Source of the DNA: an uncultured bacterium
GTDB taxonomy: Bacteria > Verrucomicrobiota > Kiritimatiellia > RFP12 > UBA3636
Assembly (NCBI GenBank): GCA_902761575.1
Contig: CACWKU010000001.1
Location: 22,435-86,434 of the forward strand
Direction of reading: 5' to 3'
DNA length: 64,000 nt
A model generated the notes under the pieces. That model worked only from the letters and a program-made list of their open reading frames with translations. It did no database searches and had not been told where the DNA came from. A program made the translations under genes and the position numbers. Every line of letters begins with the position of its first letter. The stretch's first letter is position 1. Shown piece after piece: positions 34,129 to 43,644 of this stretch.

Positions 34129-35724
34129 TCAACGAGGCGCGATCTTGACCCAGACGAAGTCGAGCTTGTCGCGGACGGCGACCGTGAGGACGCCGCCTTC
34201 GATCCGCGCTTCGCCGCGACCGCCGATGACGGTCGGCTCCAGGCCGTCCGAGGGCAGGTAGTCGGCGAGGGGCAGGGAGAACTCCTCGCGCGCGTCCAGC
34301 TCGCGGAAGAGAAGCGCCGTTCCCGCCGTTCCGTCGCGGGACGCCGACACGAAGCCCGTCCAGGAGAGGCCGTCCGGCGCGCTCCCGACGGGATGGACGT
34401 AGCCCTCGTGGATCGCGTCGCGCTCCCGCTTCCATCGGGCGATGAGGGGCTTCCACGCCTCGACCGTCTCCCGCGAGAGGTTCTGGATCTCGAACCATCC
34501 GAGCGGCGAGGAGTACATCGCGATCGCGAAGATCGCGTCGCGCGGCCAGCGCAGGGGCGCGAGCGAGTCGCCATCGGGATACAGTTCCGGCTGGCGCTCG
34601 GGGTTCAGGACCTCCATCCGCAGACGCACGGGATCGACGGCGTGCGCGAGGCCCCAGAGGTTCCGCAGCGTGCGGTGCGGCCACCAGAGGCGGCCGTCGC
34701 CCTCGCGGACGTAGCGGTTTTCCACGAAAACGGGGCCGATGCGCGGGAACGCGAAGTAGCCGGGGCGCCGCCCCGCCGTGACGTCGAGGTCGACGGTGAT
34801 GCGGCCGCCCGACCCGTCCATCAGCCGGTCCATCAGCATCCCCTGGCGCGCGAATGCGAGAGGGGTCGGCGTGTCCATCGAGTCGAACTTGAAGTAGTCG
34901 ATGCCGAAAGAGCGGTGGAGGGACAGGAGGAAGTCGGCGTCCCGCCGCCAGTTCGCCGCCTCGTCGGAGGAGTCCGGCCCGAACCACAGCCCGAACTTCA
35001 GGCCCTTCGCGCGCGCCTCCGCGATGAGCGGCGCGAGCCCGCCCGGGAACCGGACGGGGTCGACGTCCCAGAACCCCGCCTCCTCCCACCAGGAGCCCCA
35101 GCGCCCCTTTTCGCCCCTCGCGACGCGGACGGAATTGGCCGTGTAGCCCTTCTCCCAGCCGTCGTCGATCTGGATCACGTCCACGCCGAGCTCGGCCCCC
35201 GCCGCGATCTCGCCCCGCAGGAAGCGCTCGTTGACGCAGGCGTCCTGGTGCCCGTCGCCCCAGGTGTTGGAGAGGAAGAGCCCGTCGCGCCCCGCGACGT
35301 ACGGGCGGAACGACCGGTGGAAGTCCGTGGCCGCGCGGACGCGCCCCGCCCTCCCGCCGCGATAGCCGACGCGGAAGCACCGGTAGGGACTGGAAAGGAT
35401 GCGCAGCATCTGCCGCCCGGGATCCACGTGCCAGTCGGGCGAATCGTCCGCCCGCGCGTGCGGCAGCGGCGCCTGGCGGAAGAAGGCGACGCCCTCCCCG
35501 CCGAGCGAATCCTCGAGGAAGAGCGCCGGTCCGGCAACGTCGAACGGCCTCTCGCAGCGGGAAAGCAGGCGCTCCTTCTCGAAGTAGAGGTCATCGTGCC
35601 GGTCCGTGTCGTCCACCAGCTGGACCTCGACCAGCCGCGGATGCTCCCACGTGTAGCGGAACTCGCCGCCCTCCTCCGCTCCGTACGGAAGCGCACGGAC
35701 CTCGGGCACGACGGAATCGGGCAT
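34129..35724 (-). CDS. GH36-like alpha-galactosidase/melibiase-family enzyme (531 aa), no signal peptide
   Basis: Track ORF. Motifs VIQIDDGWE and IDYFKFDSMD (GH36-type K-x-D), plus GLKFGLWFGP. Its start lies 13 nt after the stop of 35738..36388. Confidence 0.85.
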   Translation of the reverse strand: MPDSVVPEVRALPYGAEEGGEFRYTWEHPRLVEVQLVDDTDRHDDLYFEKERLLSRCERPFDVAGPALFLEDSLGGEGVAFFRQAPLPHARADDSPDWHVDPGRQMLRILSSPYRCFRVGYRGGRAGRVRAATDFHRSFRPYVAGRDGLFLSNTWGDGHQDACVNERFLRGEIAAGAELGVDVIQIDDGWEKGYTANSVRVARGEKGRWGSWWEEAGFWDVDPVRFPGGLAPLIAEARAKGLKFGLWFGPDSSDEAANWRRDADFLLSLHRSFGIDYFKFDSMDTPTPLAFARQGMLMDRLMDGSGGRITVDLDVTAGRRPGYFAFPRIGPVFVENRYVREGDGRLWWPHRTLRNLWGLAHAVDPVRLRMEVLNPERQPELYPDGDSLAPLRWPRDAIFAIAMYSSPLGWFEIQNLSRETVEAWKPLIARWKRERDAIHEGYVHPVGSAPDGLSWTGFVSASRDGTAGTALLFRELDAREEFSLPLADYLPSDGLEPTVIGGRGEARIEGGVLTVAVRDKLDFVWVKIAPR

Positions 35725-35737
35725 GGAAGGAAGGCCC

Positions 35738-36388
35738 TTACTTGACGGTAATGACCGCCGGCTTCCCCGCCGGTTCGTCCGACGGAAGCTCGCGCACCTG
35801 GATGGCGTTGATCAAAGCCTGGCCGCTGTACGAGATCGTGAACTCCTCCGTCGTGGCTTCGGCGGTGAACTGGCAGATCAGCGAACCGCCGTATTCCCAT
35901 CCGGTTCCGGCGAACTTGGCAACCGTCGTTCGGTCCGGCGCGGTCGCCGACTGCGTCGTGTAGTCGTTGCGGAAGGCGACCATCTGGACCAGATACCGCT
36001 TCCCGGATTCCAGATTCTTCAACGCGATCGGCCGGTCCTTGCCGTTTGCCCACCAGCCATTCGACAGCAGATCCTTGTAATCGCCCGACTCGGTGTCGGA
36101 GGGAGGCGACGAAACGGCGTTGCCGGCTCCGCCCGAGGCTTCCCAGACGACGCAGTCCGCCGTATTGACGATTTTGTCGCCGACACCGGCGAACGAAACG
36201 CCGTTGACCGTGTAGTTTCCGCGGGCGTAGGCGTACTTGAGCGTTCCGTCCGTGCGGATCGACGTGCTGCTCGCCGTCAGTGGCGTAGCAGACCACGTGA
36301 CGTCCGTTGCCGCCCCGGCGGGGGCGGCGACGAGCGCGGCGGCGGCCGCGAGGGCGAGGGCGGCGGTTTTCCTGACGATGCGATTCAT
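35738..36388 (-). CDS. Free-standing secreted 'QVR' module protein (216 aa)
   Basis: C-terminal part of track ORF 35738..40231, trimmed to the ATG at 36388 (MNRIVRKTAALALAAAAALVAAPAGA signal peptide). The whole mature protein is one copy of the recurrent module (..SSTSIRTDGTLKYAYARGNYTVNGVSF..GKRYLVQMVAF..LINAIQVRELPS). Confidence 0.85.
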   Translation of the reverse strand: MNRIVRKTAALALAAAAALVAAPAGAATDVTWSATPLTASSTSIRTDGTLKYAYARGNYTVNGVSFAGVGDKIVNTADCVVWEASGGAGNAVSSPPSDTESGDYKDLLSNGWWANGKDRPIALKNLESGKRYLVQMVAFRNDYTTQSATAPDRTTVAKFAGTGWEYGGSLICQFTAEATTEEFTISYSGQALINAIQVRELPSDEPAGKPAVITVK

Positions 36389-36476
36389 GGGACGTCTCCT
36401 TGTCCGGGACGGGGTTGTCGTCGGCCGGTTCTCCCGGCCGCCTCCGACGGAGGCCGTGGCGGTGCCGACGTCCCGT

Positions 36477-36533
36477 ATCATACCCCCGCGCCCCAGCGGG
36501 CGAGTAGGTTCAAATCGGGCAAAAACGGGTAAA
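36477..36533 (-). promoter_or_regulatory. Tripartite upstream cassette copy 7 (putative promoter of 35738..36388 and the GH36-like gene)
   Basis: TTTACC (36533-36528), N18, ACCTAC (36509-36504), N21, TATGAT (36482-36477). Confidence 0.55.
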
Positions 36534-36549
36534 GCGCCCAGCCCTTCGC

Positions 36550-36573
36550 GTGGCGGGGTGCGGACCCCGCCAC
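36550..36573 (-). terminator. GC palindrome hairpin 24 nt after the stop of 36598..39927, immediately upstream of cassette copy 7
   Basis: GTGGCGGGGT-gcgg-ACCCCGCCAC (10-bp stem). No U tract follows. Confidence 0.4.
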
Positions 36574-36597
36574 GGCGGCGAACGCCACAAGGGGCGG

Positions 36598-39500
36598 CTA
36601 CTTGATCCGGTAGACGTGCCGGCTGAAGCCGTCGAAGGCGTCGGAGAAGACGCCGCCCTTCGCCTGGAGGGTGCGGTTCTCGTAGAGGACCTCGACCGTG
36701 GTGTCCTGCGGGACGTCGTCCGGGAGGCGGAACGAGACCCGGGCGTTCGGGTGCGGGTTGACGTTGGCCGTGTAGATGCGGCGCTCGCTCCCGTGCCGGC
36801 GCGTGAGGCAGCGGATGTAGTTCTCGGTCTCGCTCGCGATGGCGCCGCCGCAGAGCTCGTCGGAGCAGAGGAAGTCGACGTTGTCCAGCAGCTCGCGGTT
36901 GATGTCCACGAGCGCGTCGTAGCAGCAGCGCGAGGTGGGCATGTTGACGAACCAGGAGAGGCCCGTCGCGCCGGCGGCGACACAGCCCCAGCACTGCGCG
37001 ACCTGCTCCTTGTAGGTCGGGATCCGCGGATGGAGCGAGTTCTCGCTCTCCATGAAGTACCAGCACGGCTTGCCGGGCGCGATGGAGCGCAGGACGTCGA
37101 CCTTCGAGACGACCATGTCGAGCGTGGTGCCGTCGACGGTCAGGTAGTAGTCGACCATCAGGATGTCGGTCGGGAGCCCCGCGAAGCGCCCGGAGATGCC
37201 GAGCCAGCAGTTGTTCATCTGCACGGGGTTGTAGGGGAAGAGGGCCTTCGTCCGCTTCATGAACGCCTTGCAGTCGTCGGCGTTGCGGTACTCGGGCTCG
37301 TCGAGGACGAGCCAGTTGATCACGTTCGGGCTGTCGAGCATGCCGTACATCTTCCGGCGCGACCAGTCGGTGACGGAGTTGTCCTCCCAGCGCCGGATCT
37401 CGCCCACGTCGTCGAGGGTCTGGCCCTCGCCGGTCCAGATCGTGAACTTCATGCCTTTCTGTGCCGCGTACGCGAGCGTCTTGCGGTTCATCTCGATGTC
37501 GCGGACGTTGAGGTTGTTCTGCAGGTTCAGGTACTTGAACCCGGCGTCGGCGAGGATGTCGACCGGACGCGAGGTGCCGTCGTCCATCGGCCCGTTCTCG
37601 CGGCCGATGAGGCACGGCGAGCTCATGAACACCTTCTCGCCGTCGTGGACGAGCGTGCGGGACCACTGGTTGATCTGCGTCGCGCCCTTCTTGAAGGGCA
37701 GCTTGCGGACCTCGGCCTTCCACTCGCGGCCGAGCGCGCGGACCGTGACGGCGTTGGTGCCGCAGGGCATCCCGGAGATGTCGATCGAGACCTGCTCGAA
37801 GCCGCCCTTGCCGTCCCACGCGCGGAAGTCGGCGGTCCTCTCCTCCATGTAGAAGTCGTAGTGGCCGAGGAGGAGCCCCTCGGGCGGGAGCGGATAGCCG
37901 CAGAGCGCGTTCTCGGCGGGCGTGAGCGGCGCCGTGCGCTCGGGCTTCGCGTGCGGGGTCGGCTTGCCGAGCGCGAAGTTCTCCGCGTCGCCGGACTTCG
38001 GCTTGTACTCCGTCGCGTAGGTCTTCGCGGGGTCGAAGCCGCCGGCCGGCGGGTCGACCATCTCGAGCTGCAGGTCGTCGAGCCAGATCGAGGCCTCGGT
38101 CGTGCGGTCGCGAAGGCCGGGGACGTCGAACCAGACGGGGCTGAAGATGCCGGGCGCGGGCAGGTTGGTCGTCGTGACCTCGTAGCGCGTCCATTCGGTC
38201 GTGAGGTCCACGATCCGGGCGTTGTCGGAGAGCTTCGCCTTGAACTGGACGCCGGGCTCGGACGCCTTCGCCCAGAAGGAGAGGACCGCGCTGCGGCCCT
38301 TCTGCGTGGGCGTGTTCCAGGCGAAGAAGTCGAAGCTGCGGACGAACGGCCCGATGCGCAGCCGGAGCGACTGCTTCCCGGAGTGCCTCTCGGCCGTGTC
38401 GACCATGAAGCACTTGAGGTACTTCTCCTTGTAGTCCTCGATCGAGACCTTCGACATCTCGCAGGAATTGCGGTTGCAGTAGTGCAGCGGCACGCCGTCG
38501 CCGTCGAACTCGAAGCCGGAGTTCGAGATCAGGTTCGGGCTGTCCTCGCCCTTGAGCGCGTAGATCGTGACGCGGCGCACCTCGAAGGGGCACTTGAAGT
38601 TCTCGATGCCGAGCGGGGCCCAGTGCGCGACGCCGTCGAAGCCGACGGTCTTCCTCGGCGTGGGCGCCGTGTAGTAGTTGCCCAGGACGCCGTTGAGGAA
38701 GAAGGCGTAGCCCATCATCGTCTCGCCGATCTTGCGACGCTCGAAGCGGACCGTGACCGGCTCGCCCTCCTTGAAGTTGGCGATCCAGGGGTAGGCGCTG
38801 CGCGTCGGCTGGTCGGCCACCGGCTGGTAGAGGGTCACCCCGTAGCCGTCGCTGCGGACGCCGAACGTGCCGTAGTCGCCGGTCATGACCGCCCAGTGGT
38901 AGTCGCCGTCCTTCGGGTCCTTGATCTCGCTCCACGCGGGGTAGACCGCGATCTCGGCCTCGGCCGCGAACTCGTCCGGCAGCTCGCCCTTCCACTGGAT
39001 GCCGTCGCCGGTGCCGCCGCTCGGGATGCGCACCGCGCCGTCCTTCACCTCGATGTCCTTCTGCGCGTGCCCGCGGAAGCTCCAGCGCTCGGCGAAGACC
39101 TTGGGCTCGGAGAAGTCGTCCTCGAAGATCGGGACCGAGAAGTCGGAGACCGGCCCGCCCGGCGCGCGGGCGGCCCCGGCGGCGTTCGCGGGCTCCTTCT
39201 TCTCGTAGCGCGGCCCCGCCTCGAGCGGCACGTCCGTCGCGCTTGCGTAGAACTTCCCCGTGACCTCCTCGTAGAGGCCGGCGACGCCGCCCTTCACGAC
39301 CGGGACGAAGCGCGCGAGCGGCTTTCCGTCCCGGTAGAACTCCGCCCCGTAGAGCGCGAGGTCGTAGCAGGCGTAGGACTTCACCGACCCGTCGTCGCAG
39401 GTCATCCCGAAGAACGAGACCGGGACCTTGCCGGCCGCGGTGCGCTCGCCCTCGAGCTTCATGTCGAAGCTGCCCCAGGTGACGTGCCGGCCGTCGTAGA

Positions 39501-39927
39501 CGATCGACACGCGGGTTCCGATGGCGGAGTCGTTCACCTCCTGGAGGCCGCAGTGGATCCACTTCTCGCGGCTCTTGCGGCCCAGGCTCGCGAACGTCTG
39601 GTAGGCCTGCGCCTCGTGCCCGCCGAGCGCGAGCTGGAAGAGGTCGCGGAAGCCCTCCGCGTCCTGCGCGTCCTCCTGGCCGAAGAAGACCGTCGTGTTC
39701 TTCGCGTGGTCGAACTTCCCGCCGAAGATCTGGTTGAACGGGCCGTCGAACCGGACGTCCATCCGGAACGTCGTCCCGGGCTGCGGCACGAGGTCGGTCT
39801 TCACGCAGCTGCCGTGCGTGGACTTGACGTATTCGACGCGGTAGTCGAAGTCCGCGGCGGCGGCGGACACGGCGGCGGCGGCGAGGCAGGCCGCGACGGC
39901 GCGGGCGTTTCGTTCGATGGCGTTCAT
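36598..39927 (-). CDS. Large secreted multidomain putative glycoside hydrolase (1109 aa): two LamG/DUF1080-like sandwiches, a CBM4/9-like domain and a TIM-barrel-like catalytic region. Paralog of 43645..46467.
   Basis: Track ORF. Signal peptide ..AVAACLAAAAVSAAAA. Shared blocks with the paralog include SNSGFEFDGDGVPLHYCNR, HSGKQSLRL, IWLDDLQLE, GMPCGTNAVTVRA, LVLDEPE, PYNPVQMNN, and the C-terminus EVLYENRTL..HVYRIK. The family is not recognised by me. Confidence 0.85.
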   Translation of the reverse strand: MNAIERNARAVAACLAAAAVSAAAADFDYRVEYVKSTHGSCVKTDLVPQPGTTFRMDVRFDGPFNQIFGGKFDHAKNTTVFFGQEDAQDAEGFRDLFQLALGGHEAQAYQTFASLGRKSREKWIHCGLQEVNDSAIGTRVSIVYDGRHVTWGSFDMKLEGERTAAGKVPVSFFGMTCDDGSVKSYACYDLALYGAEFYRDGKPLARFVPVVKGGVAGLYEEVTGKFYASATDVPLEAGPRYEKKEPANAAGAARAPGGPVSDFSVPIFEDDFSEPKVFAERWSFRGHAQKDIEVKDGAVRIPSGGTGDGIQWKGELPDEFAAEAEIAVYPAWSEIKDPKDGDYHWAVMTGDYGTFGVRSDGYGVTLYQPVADQPTRSAYPWIANFKEGEPVTVRFERRKIGETMMGYAFFLNGVLGNYYTAPTPRKTVGFDGVAHWAPLGIENFKCPFEVRRVTIYALKGEDSPNLISNSGFEFDGDGVPLHYCNRNSCEMSKVSIEDYKEKYLKCFMVDTAERHSGKQSLRLRIGPFVRSFDFFAWNTPTQKGRSAVLSFWAKASEPGVQFKAKLSDNARIVDLTTEWTRYEVTTTNLPAPGIFSPVWFDVPGLRDRTTEASIWLDDLQLEMVDPPAGGFDPAKTYATEYKPKSGDAENFALGKPTPHAKPERTAPLTPAENALCGYPLPPEGLLLGHYDFYMEERTADFRAWDGKGGFEQVSIDISGMPCGTNAVTVRALGREWKAEVRKLPFKKGATQINQWSRTLVHDGEKVFMSSPCLIGRENGPMDDGTSRPVDILADAGFKYLNLQNNLNVRDIEMNRKTLAYAAQKGMKFTIWTGEGQTLDDVGEIRRWEDNSVTDWSRRKMYGMLDSPNVINWLVLDEPEYRNADDCKAFMKRTKALFPYNPVQMNNCWLGISGRFAGLPTDILMVDYYLTVDGTTLDMVVSKVDVLRSIAPGKPCWYFMESENSLHPRIPTYKEQVAQCWGCVAAGATGLSWFVNMPTSRCCYDALVDINRELLDNVDFLCSDELCGGAIASETENYIRCLTRRHGSERRIYTANVNPHPNARVSFRLPDDVPQDTTVEVLYENRTLQAKGGVFSDAFDGFSRHVYRIK

Positions 39928-39966
39928 GGTCGTTTTCCCCTGGATGGTTCCGGTCGGACTTGCGGG

Positions 39967-41121
39967 CTAGAGCCCGAGCTCCTTCGCCTGCTTGGAGGCG
40001 ACGCGCTCGGATTCGGCGGCGGCCTTCACGCGGTCGATCTGGAGGCCGAAGTCGCCGCTCTCCGCGTGGTCGCGGTCGGCGATCGGCTCGTCGCCGAAGC
40101 TCGTCGCCATGATCGAGAAGATGCGCGCGAAGTTGCCGTCGCAGGAGCTGAAGTGCGTGTCGTTCTCGTTGAGGCGGTTGGTGAGCACCACCTCGACGGC
40201 GTCGAGGCCCGGGTCGATCAGGAGGAAGCACCCCGTGGCGCCGGCGTGGCCGACGGCCTCCATCGTGTTCACCTCGCCGAAGTACTGGCCGAAGCCGACG
40301 TAGCCGGACTTGATGAAGAACGCCGGCGTGCGGTTGAACTCGGGCCTGAGGCAGCGGCGGAAGAGCGCGTCGGCACCCTGCGGCGTGAGGATGCCGGCCT
40401 TGCGCGTGCGGCGGATGTCGAGCAGGTGCCGGCCGAACTTCACGAGGTCCGGCGCGGTGATGTGAAGCCCCGACTGCCCCTGGTGCGCGGCGAAGGCGGA
40501 GTGCTCCATGCCGAGCGGGCGGAAGATGCGGTCGCGCGCGAGGTCGGCGACGTCCGCGGCGCCGGTGACCTTCTCGCAGATCTCGGCGAGGATGTCGTAG
40601 CCCTGCGACATGTAGCGGAACTTCTCGTTCACCTCGAAGTCCTGGTACATCGTGGCGTAGAACTCGTCGTGGCGCTTCTCATCCACGGCCTTCGCGACGT
40701 GCCCGGTGCGGTTGCGCCAGCCCGAGGTGTGCGTCATCAGGTTGATGATCGGCACGTTCTCGCCGGGGAACTCCGGAATGTACTTCCTCACGTAGTCGTT
40801 GAGGGAGAGCTTGCCCTCCTCCGAGAGCTGCATCAGCAGCGTCGCGGTGAAGACCTTGGTGATCGAGGCGACGTGGAGGGGCGTGTTCTCGTCGAACCCC
40901 TCCCAGCCCTTCTGCGCGACGAACCGGTAGCGCGTCTCGCCGTGCTGCTCGTAGACGCAGCTCATGCACTTGAGGGCGCCGCCCTCGAACTCGCTGGCGA
41001 GGAACGCGTCCACGCGGGACTTGGCGTCGGCGCCGTCCGCCGCGAACAGCGATCCGGCGAGCAGGGAGGTCGTTCCGACCGCGATGGCGCGGACGGCGTG
41101 GTTCCGAACGATGCGTTTCAT
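39967..41121 (-). CDS. Secreted serine hydrolase of the beta-lactamase/transpeptidase-like (class C/esterase) family (384 aa)
   Basis: Track ORF. Signal peptide ..AIAVGTTSLLAGSLFA. S-x-x-K motif in LHVASITKVFTATLLMQL. Lies 39 nt upstream of 36598..39927, so they are a likely operon. Confidence 0.9.
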   Translation of the reverse strand: MKRIVRNHAVRAIAVGTTSLLAGSLFAADGADAKSRVDAFLASEFEGGALKCMSCVYEQHGETRYRFVAQKGWEGFDENTPLHVASITKVFTATLLMQLSEEGKLSLNDYVRKYIPEFPGENVPIINLMTHTSGWRNRTGHVAKAVDEKRHDEFYATMYQDFEVNEKFRYMSQGYDILAEICEKVTGAADVADLARDRIFRPLGMEHSAFAAHQGQSGLHITAPDLVKFGRHLLDIRRTRKAGILTPQGADALFRRCLRPEFNRTPAFFIKSGYVGFGQYFGEVNTMEAVGHAGATGCFLLIDPGLDAVEVVLTNRLNENDTHFSSCDGNFARIFSIMATSFGDEPIADRDHAESGDFGLQIDRVKAAAESERVASKQAKELGL

Positions 41122-41203
41122 GGGAGGGCTCCGGACGATGGGGATGTCGTTCCTTCGGCGCGCCGCCCCCCCCGGGGGACGGCACCCGCGCCGAACGCCG
41201 CCG

Positions 41204-41260
41204 AGTATACCCCACGGACCGCTCGCGAAGAAAGGGCGAAATCGGGCAAAGACGGGTAAA
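41204..41260 (-). promoter_or_regulatory. Tripartite upstream cassette copy 8 (putative promoter of 39967..41121 and 36598..39927)
   Basis: TTTACC (41260-41255), N18, CCCTTT (41236-41231), N21, TATACT (41209-41204). Confidence 0.55.
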
Positions 41261-41316
41261 TCAATGTCACCCCCGTCTTTTCCCGTTCCTCGCCGGTCGG
41301 GCAGTGGAGGCGCGGG

Positions 41317-43515
41317 CTACTCTTCCGCGAAATCGATCTTCCAGCGGAAGAAGAGCCGGGGCGGGCTGCCGCCGGCGGCGGGCTTCCAGGTGCCGTCGCC
41401 GCCGTCGTACGCCATCGGAACCAGATTCTCGTCGGACCAGTCCGCAAGGTCTTCGGTGGCTTGCACCGTCAACGCCGCCCCCTCGGTGTTCACCGGCTCC
41501 GGAATCGTGACGGACGGATTGCCGTCCTCATCGAAGCCGATGTCGAGCAGCGGCTCGGTTAGGTCTGCGGGGCCGATCGAGGGGTCGATGTCGAAGACAT
41601 ACCGCACGCCGGCCGGGATTCCGTTCACCATATCTTCCGGTTTCGGCATGTCTTCCGGTTTCGGTTCGTCGGTAATGCCAACGTCATTCAGCCAGAGCTC
41701 GTACGCGCTGAAGAACGTCCGCAGGTACGGATACGTCTCTTCGTCGATCTTCCAGACGTCGACGAAGTCGAGGGCTGTGAAGGACTCTTTCCGCTGCATC
41801 TCCTCGTCGCCGAGCGGCGTGATGCCGGCGTAGTCGTCGGAGCCGCTACTCGTGCCGGCGGCCTTCAGGCCGTTCTCGGTGTCTTCATAGTAGGAACCCG
41901 TGACGAGACCGGAACTGGCCAGGCCGACGAACGCGCCGCGATAGTGCCCACCATCGCTCGAGACGTAGCTGTAGCACCAGGAGGTGTCGATTCGGGCCGC
42001 CTTCGACACGCCGCCCGCGAAGCCGCCGACATTGTCGCCACCATTGCCGCCGTAGCCGTCGCTGCTATCCACTGACGATTGGGCGCTGGAGTCCGCGATG
42101 AAGCCGCCGCCGTGGTTGCCGACGAAGCCGCCCGTGTACGACTTGCCGGACTCGTTCGCCACATAACTTTCCACGCAGCAGCGGAGAATGACGGGCGCGT
42201 CTGCGGTGTAGCCGACGAAACCGCCGGCGTTGACGCTGTTTGTATTCCAGACTTCTCCGACGAACCAGCAGCCGTCCACTAGCGACTTGGAGTCGATCTT
42301 GCCCGCGAGACCGCCGACGCCGACGTCCTCCAATCCGGAGTCGGCCGGACCGCCGGTGACATAACCCTCCTCCACTTGCACGCCGCTCACGCGGCCGCCG
42401 TTGATCTTGCCGAAGAGTCCCGCATACTTGTCCGTGGTGTCGATGTAGAAGTTGCTGATCTTGTGGTTCTGTCCGTAGAACTCGCCTTTGAACGGGGTTC
42501 TGTAGTTGCCGATGGGCTCGATGGTCTCGCCGTCGAAGTCGATGTCCGCCGTCAGCACATAGCTGCCCGAGAGGTTGTTCGTGACGGCGAGCAGTTCCTC
42601 GGGAGTCGAAATCGGAATCATCGCGCTGGACTTGGCGCGTTTCGGCGCTTCCGGCCACTTGGCGGAGCGTGCCTTTATGTCCGCCTGCGTGAGCCTGCCG
42701 CCCGTGATGGCCGGGTCGTTCCCGCAGAACGGACGCGGCCCGTTGGCGTAGGCCGAAACCGCGCAGTTGACATTCGTTCCTCTCACGTGGTGGCCGATGA
42801 ACGACCCAATGTCGCCGCCCGTGCCCCACACGGCGCCGGAGCACCAGCAGTCGCTGATCGTCGCATCGTCGTGGGCGAGCCGCCCGACGAAGCCGCCGTA
42901 GTAGCTGGCGGCGGAGCGCACGTCGCCGCGCGCCACGCAGTTGGAGATCACGGCTGGCGCATAAACGTAGCCGATGAATCCGCCCGCCATGCCGGAACCG
43001 CTGACGAAGCCGTCCGCACGGCAGTCGACGATTCGATTGGTCGCGCTGCCGCCGGCGCAGGCCCCGACCAGACCTCCGGCGTAGGAGTTGGTCGCCGCGA
43101 TCTCGACCGTCGCGATGCAGTTGCTGATGACCGTTCCGCCCGTGATGCATCCGACGAGACCGCCGACGTACTGCTTGCCCGCGACCGTTCCCGAGACGGA
43201 AACACGCTTGATCGTCGCATTGCTCGCGCAGCCGAAGAGCCCGCGATAGTCGCTGCCCGACAGGCTGTTCGTGCAGAAGAGGTTGCGGATGGCGCGGTCG
43301 TTGCCGTTGAACGTGCCGGTGAACGGCGCCGAATCGGTGCCGATGGGCGTCCAGTCCGCCCCGCCGAGGTCGATGTCCGAGCCAAGCTCGTAGGAGCCGG
43401 CGAGGTTCTCCGCGATCGCCGCGAACCCCTCGCGGGTGGTGACGAGCGTGGGCTCGGCGACCGCGTGCGCTGCCGCGAAGGCGAAGAGCAGGGGAAGAAG
43501 GGGACGGTGCTTCAT
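41317..43515 (-). CDS. Secreted GLUG-motif repeat protein with a C-terminal 'FFR'-type tail (732 aa)
   Basis: Track ORF. Signal peptide MKHRPLLPLLFAFAAAHAVA. Many GLUG-style repeats are present (..YVGGLVGC.., ..YAGGLVGA.., ..MAGGFIGY.., ..YGGFVGR.., ..NAGGFVGY.., ..YTGGFVGN..). The tail ends ..PPRLFFRWKIDFAEE. Confidence 0.85.
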   Translation of the reverse strand: MKHRPLLPLLFAFAAAHAVAEPTLVTTREGFAAIAENLAGSYELGSDIDLGGADWTPIGTDSAPFTGTFNGNDRAIRNLFCTNSLSGSDYRGLFGCASNATIKRVSVSGTVAGKQYVGGLVGCITGGTVISNCIATVEIAATNSYAGGLVGACAGGSATNRIVDCRADGFVSGSGMAGGFIGYVYAPAVISNCVARGDVRSAASYYGGFVGRLAHDDATISDCWCSGAVWGTGGDIGSFIGHHVRGTNVNCAVSAYANGPRPFCGNDPAITGGRLTQADIKARSAKWPEAPKRAKSSAMIPISTPEELLAVTNNLSGSYVLTADIDFDGETIEPIGNYRTPFKGEFYGQNHKISNFYIDTTDKYAGLFGKINGGRVSGVQVEEGYVTGGPADSGLEDVGVGGLAGKIDSKSLVDGCWFVGEVWNTNSVNAGGFVGYTADAPVILRCCVESYVANESGKSYTGGFVGNHGGGFIADSSAQSSVDSSDGYGGNGGDNVGGFAGGVSKAARIDTSWCYSYVSSDGGHYRGAFVGLASSGLVTGSYYEDTENGLKAAGTSSGSDDYAGITPLGDEEMQRKESFTALDFVDVWKIDEETYPYLRTFFSAYELWLNDVGITDEPKPEDMPKPEDMVNGIPAGVRYVFDIDPSIGPADLTEPLLDIGFDEDGNPSVTIPEPVNTEGAALTVQATEDLADWSDENLVPMAYDGGDGTWKPAAGGSPPRLFFRWKIDFAEE

Positions 43516-43533
43516 GGCGGGGAACGGCGCCGC

Positions 43534-43562
43534 ATTCTACCAGATTCCCGCGTGCGCGCAAA
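43534..43562 (-). promoter_or_regulatory. Sigma70-like promoter for the GLUG gene 41317..43515
   Basis: Sense strand: TTTGCG (43562-43557), 17 nt, TAGAAT (43539-43534). The -10 is 18 nt from the ATG. Confidence 0.4.
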
Positions 43563-43644
43563 CGCCCCCGCCTCCCGGCGGCACGGGGACCGGAATGGAG
43601 CCCGCACGCGGCCGCCGAGGAGGCGATGCCCGGCCCGGCGCGCG

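Noticed and set aside
34097-36573. Calling the post-stop GC hairpins canonical Rho-independent terminators
   Set aside because: The stems are strong but no U-rich tract follows. I list them only as hairpins or possible terminators and as copies of the palindromic element.
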